Shown: piece after piece, positions 50,275-51,981 of the stretch
Layout of the letters: each line of letters starts with the position of its first letter
Position numbering within the stretch: position 1 is the first letter of the stretch
Origin: Candidatus Dojkabacteria bacterium
Lineage (GTDB): Bacteria; Patescibacteriota; Dojkabacteria; J137
DNA: 51,981 nucleotides
Reading direction: 5' to 3'
Assembly: GCA_030950485.1 (NCBI GenBank)
Contig: JAUZRK010000008.1
Span: 1 to 51,981 of the forward strand
Notes under the pieces: model-generated
What the model was told of the DNA's origin: nothing
What the model saw: only the letters and a program-made list of their open reading frames with translations
Database searches by the model: none
Position numbers and translations under genes: made by a program

Positions 50275-51246
50275 TTAATCTCTTCTGAATCTTTTAATAA
50301 CTCTTTCGAAATTGTTTAAAGTTATGCCACTCATACTATTGTCCATATATCTTTGCCCGGAAGCTTCCTTAATTTTTATCTTTGCTAGTTTCGGAATTAC
50401 AAATAAAAGCTCTTCTATAAAAAGTCTTTCTCTAAATTCTGAATCGTCTTTATACTTAGAGTCTATAAGATAACCCTCAAGTAAGGCATCTAATTCTTTT
50501 TTTGTATTTTGTATAGAAAATTGTGCTAAGTCATATATCCCTGTCCCTACTCCAATTCCGTCCCAATCAATTACACCAGAATACTTATTGTTTTTGTAAA
50601 AGATGTGATCCTTGGAATAATCTCCATGCATTAAAACACCATGCTCAATCTCAATATACTTTTTATTTGAGTCGATAAAATCAACAATAGCGTAAATCTC
50701 TTTTTCTTTTAGTAGGTTAAATTTTTTCAATACATCTAGTTTATCTGAAAAAGGTGCCTTATAGCGCAGACTTTCCATTAAATGGTAAGAGTAGCTCGGA
50801 TCTTCACCAATAGGTTTACCCTCAGTACCAAACTCTCTAACGTAACCGAATCCATCAGCACTAATTGTGTGCAATTTTGCTAAATCTGCACCAGCATCTT
50901 TAAGAACGCGTAAATCTAATGGACTCATTTCTAGTAATGCTTTTCCAAGAACTTCAGTAACAAGCGCCCATGAATAATTTTCAAGCTCAGTATCAAAATC
51001 TTTATATGCTACTGGATTAGGAACAACCATCCCCATTTTAGCTATATGAGAAAGTAAAAGCATTCTTGGGGAAAGCTTTTTTTTCTTATATTCCTTTACT
51101 AGTGTGGAAAAATAAAAAACTCCTTCTTTTGCTTTTATTTGATATGTATAACTTGATACCCCAGCATCTATCGGTGTTATTTCTTTTACTGACACATAGG
51201 AGTTACATATAGCTTCAATATTTTTTAGTTGAAAATCACCTATCAT
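50275..51246 (-). CDS. Aminoglycoside phosphotransferase (APH/choline kinase-like) family protein
   Basis: VPNPV, LAKLH, LMHGDYSKDHI, GVIDWD and YDLA. Confidence 0.88.
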   Translation of the reverse strand: MIGDFQLKNIEAICNSYVSVKEITPIDAGVSSYTYQIKAKEGVFYFSTLVKEYKKKKLSPRMLLLSHIAKMGMVVPNPVAYKDFDTELENYSWALVTEVLGKALLEMSPLDLRVLKDAGADLAKLHTISADGFGYVREFGTEGKPIGEDPSYSYHLMESLRYKAPFSDKLDVLKKFNLLKEKEIYAIVDFIDSNKKYIEIEHGVLMHGDYSKDHIFYKNNKYSGVIDWDGIGVGTGIYDLAQFSIQNTKKELDALLEGYLIDSKYKDDSEFRERLFIEELLFVIPKLAKIKIKEASGQRYMDNSMSGITLNNFERVIKRFRRD

Positions 51247-51329
51247 AAAATTTTTTTCTGTTGGAGAATTATATCAGATATTATACTATTCTTCATTTAG
51301 ACTATGTAATAAGGGGAATAGAGACTTAT

Positions 51330-51387
51330 GGGAGTGGCGAGATTTCCCGAATTCCTTCGGGACAACCTTTCGCTCGAGTGGCGAATG
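51330..51387 (-). other. Degenerate duplicate of the tRNA-Asp 3' half with a palindromic insert
   Basis: Matches the tRNA from anticodon stem to acceptor 3' strand; loop CACTCGA replaces CTGTCAC and TCCCGAAGGAATTCGGGA replaces part of the T arm. Confidence 0.8.
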
Positions 51388-51437
51388 TTTTTATGATTAC
51401 TTTATTCAAGGAAATTTGTTTTCTTATTGTTTTTTAC

Positions 51438-51514
51438 TGGCGGGAGTGACGAGATTCGAACTCGCAACCTTTCGCGTGACAGGCGAATGCTCTAACCAGT
51501 TGAGCTACACCCCC
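51438..51514 (-). tRNA. tRNA-Asp (anticodon GUC), CCA encoded
   Basis: GGGGGTG/CACTCCC acceptor stem, TTCGC-CTGTCAC-GCGAA anticodon arm, GAGTTCGAATCTC T arm, GCCA end. Confidence 0.97.
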
Positions 51515-51627
51515 ATAAATTCTAGCCAGTATTTTTAATAAGCTTTGTAATTTTAACGAAAAACTGGAAAATAATCTACTAGATTCTTAAGCTTTTACAT
51601 TCTACAAGTTAAATGCTTTAATAATAT

Positions 51628-51846
51628 ATGAATGAAAAAAGAGAGATAGCAGTTTTTGCTGCAGGTTGTTTTTGGTGTTATGAAACTATATTTAAAATGT
51701 TTATAGGAGTCGAAAGCGTTACGCCAGGTTATTCTGGAGGTGAGGAAGATCACCCGAGTTACCATGACGTTGCGAGAGGAATGACAGGACATGCTGAATC
51801 CGTAGAGGTAGTTTTTAATCCAGATGTTATTTCATATGAGGATTAG
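51628..51846 (+). pseudogene. msrA: Peptide methionine sulfoxide reductase A, truncated after about 72 aa
   Basis: AAGCFWC, GYSGG, TGHAE and [10 protein letters not shown]; the expected HDPT...RQG..QYRS does not follow. Confidence 0.88.
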
Positions 51847-51981
51847 TAGAGCTTAATGACTTATTCATTAATGCTAGGAATCCTCATATGCAATGGGTTG
51901 ATAATTATAAAGCTTGGGAAGAGTGGAAAGAGCTAGCTAGCAATTCAGGCTTTATGCTAGAAAACGAATATAACCTGCTTG
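51845..51981 (+). other. Open coding-like fragment unrelated to MsrA, running off the window
   Basis: VELNDLFINARNPHMQWVDNYKAWEEWKELASNSGFMLENEYNLL reads without a stop directly after the msrA break. Confidence 0.45.

Noticed and set aside
51261-51449. 62-aa ORF in the track
   Set aside because: Overlaps the tRNA remnant and tRNA-Asp end; no coding signal.

Overview
AT-rich bacterial chromosome segment in genetic code 11, probably from a Patescibacteria/CPR genome (inference from a PheT lacking the B2 domain, an isolated PrgI-like gene, DUF2207, lamin-tail, Gmad2-like and sortase-type surface proteins, and many orphan ORFs). Housekeeping genes: uvrA, dnaK with a CIRCE operator, pheT, recO, lepB, sufB, a CCA-adding enzyme, tRNA-Leu(UAA) and tRNA-Asp(GUC). 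About ten genes are interrupted as assembled by in-frame stops, homopolymer frameshifts or apparent deletions, so long-read errors and real decay cannot be separated here. Main leads: (i) an operon resembling a split two-component sensor (soluble kinase, large secreted vWA/acidic-repeat/thioredoxin-like protein, kinase-less multi-TM Cache-like receptor, small Cys-rich peptide) with a convergent single-domain response regulator; (ii) 7-bp periodic repeats, one inverted array sitting in frame inside the CCA-adding enzyme and others stacked behind a G-skewed sufB 3' end; (iii) tRNA-Asp-derived remnants bracketing a phosphotransferase gene; (iv) an unannotated 39-aa Lys/Ala-rich ORF; (v) a Cys-rich tandem-domain protein with an LPNTS sorting motif. 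No CRISPR array, integrase or transposase was seen.
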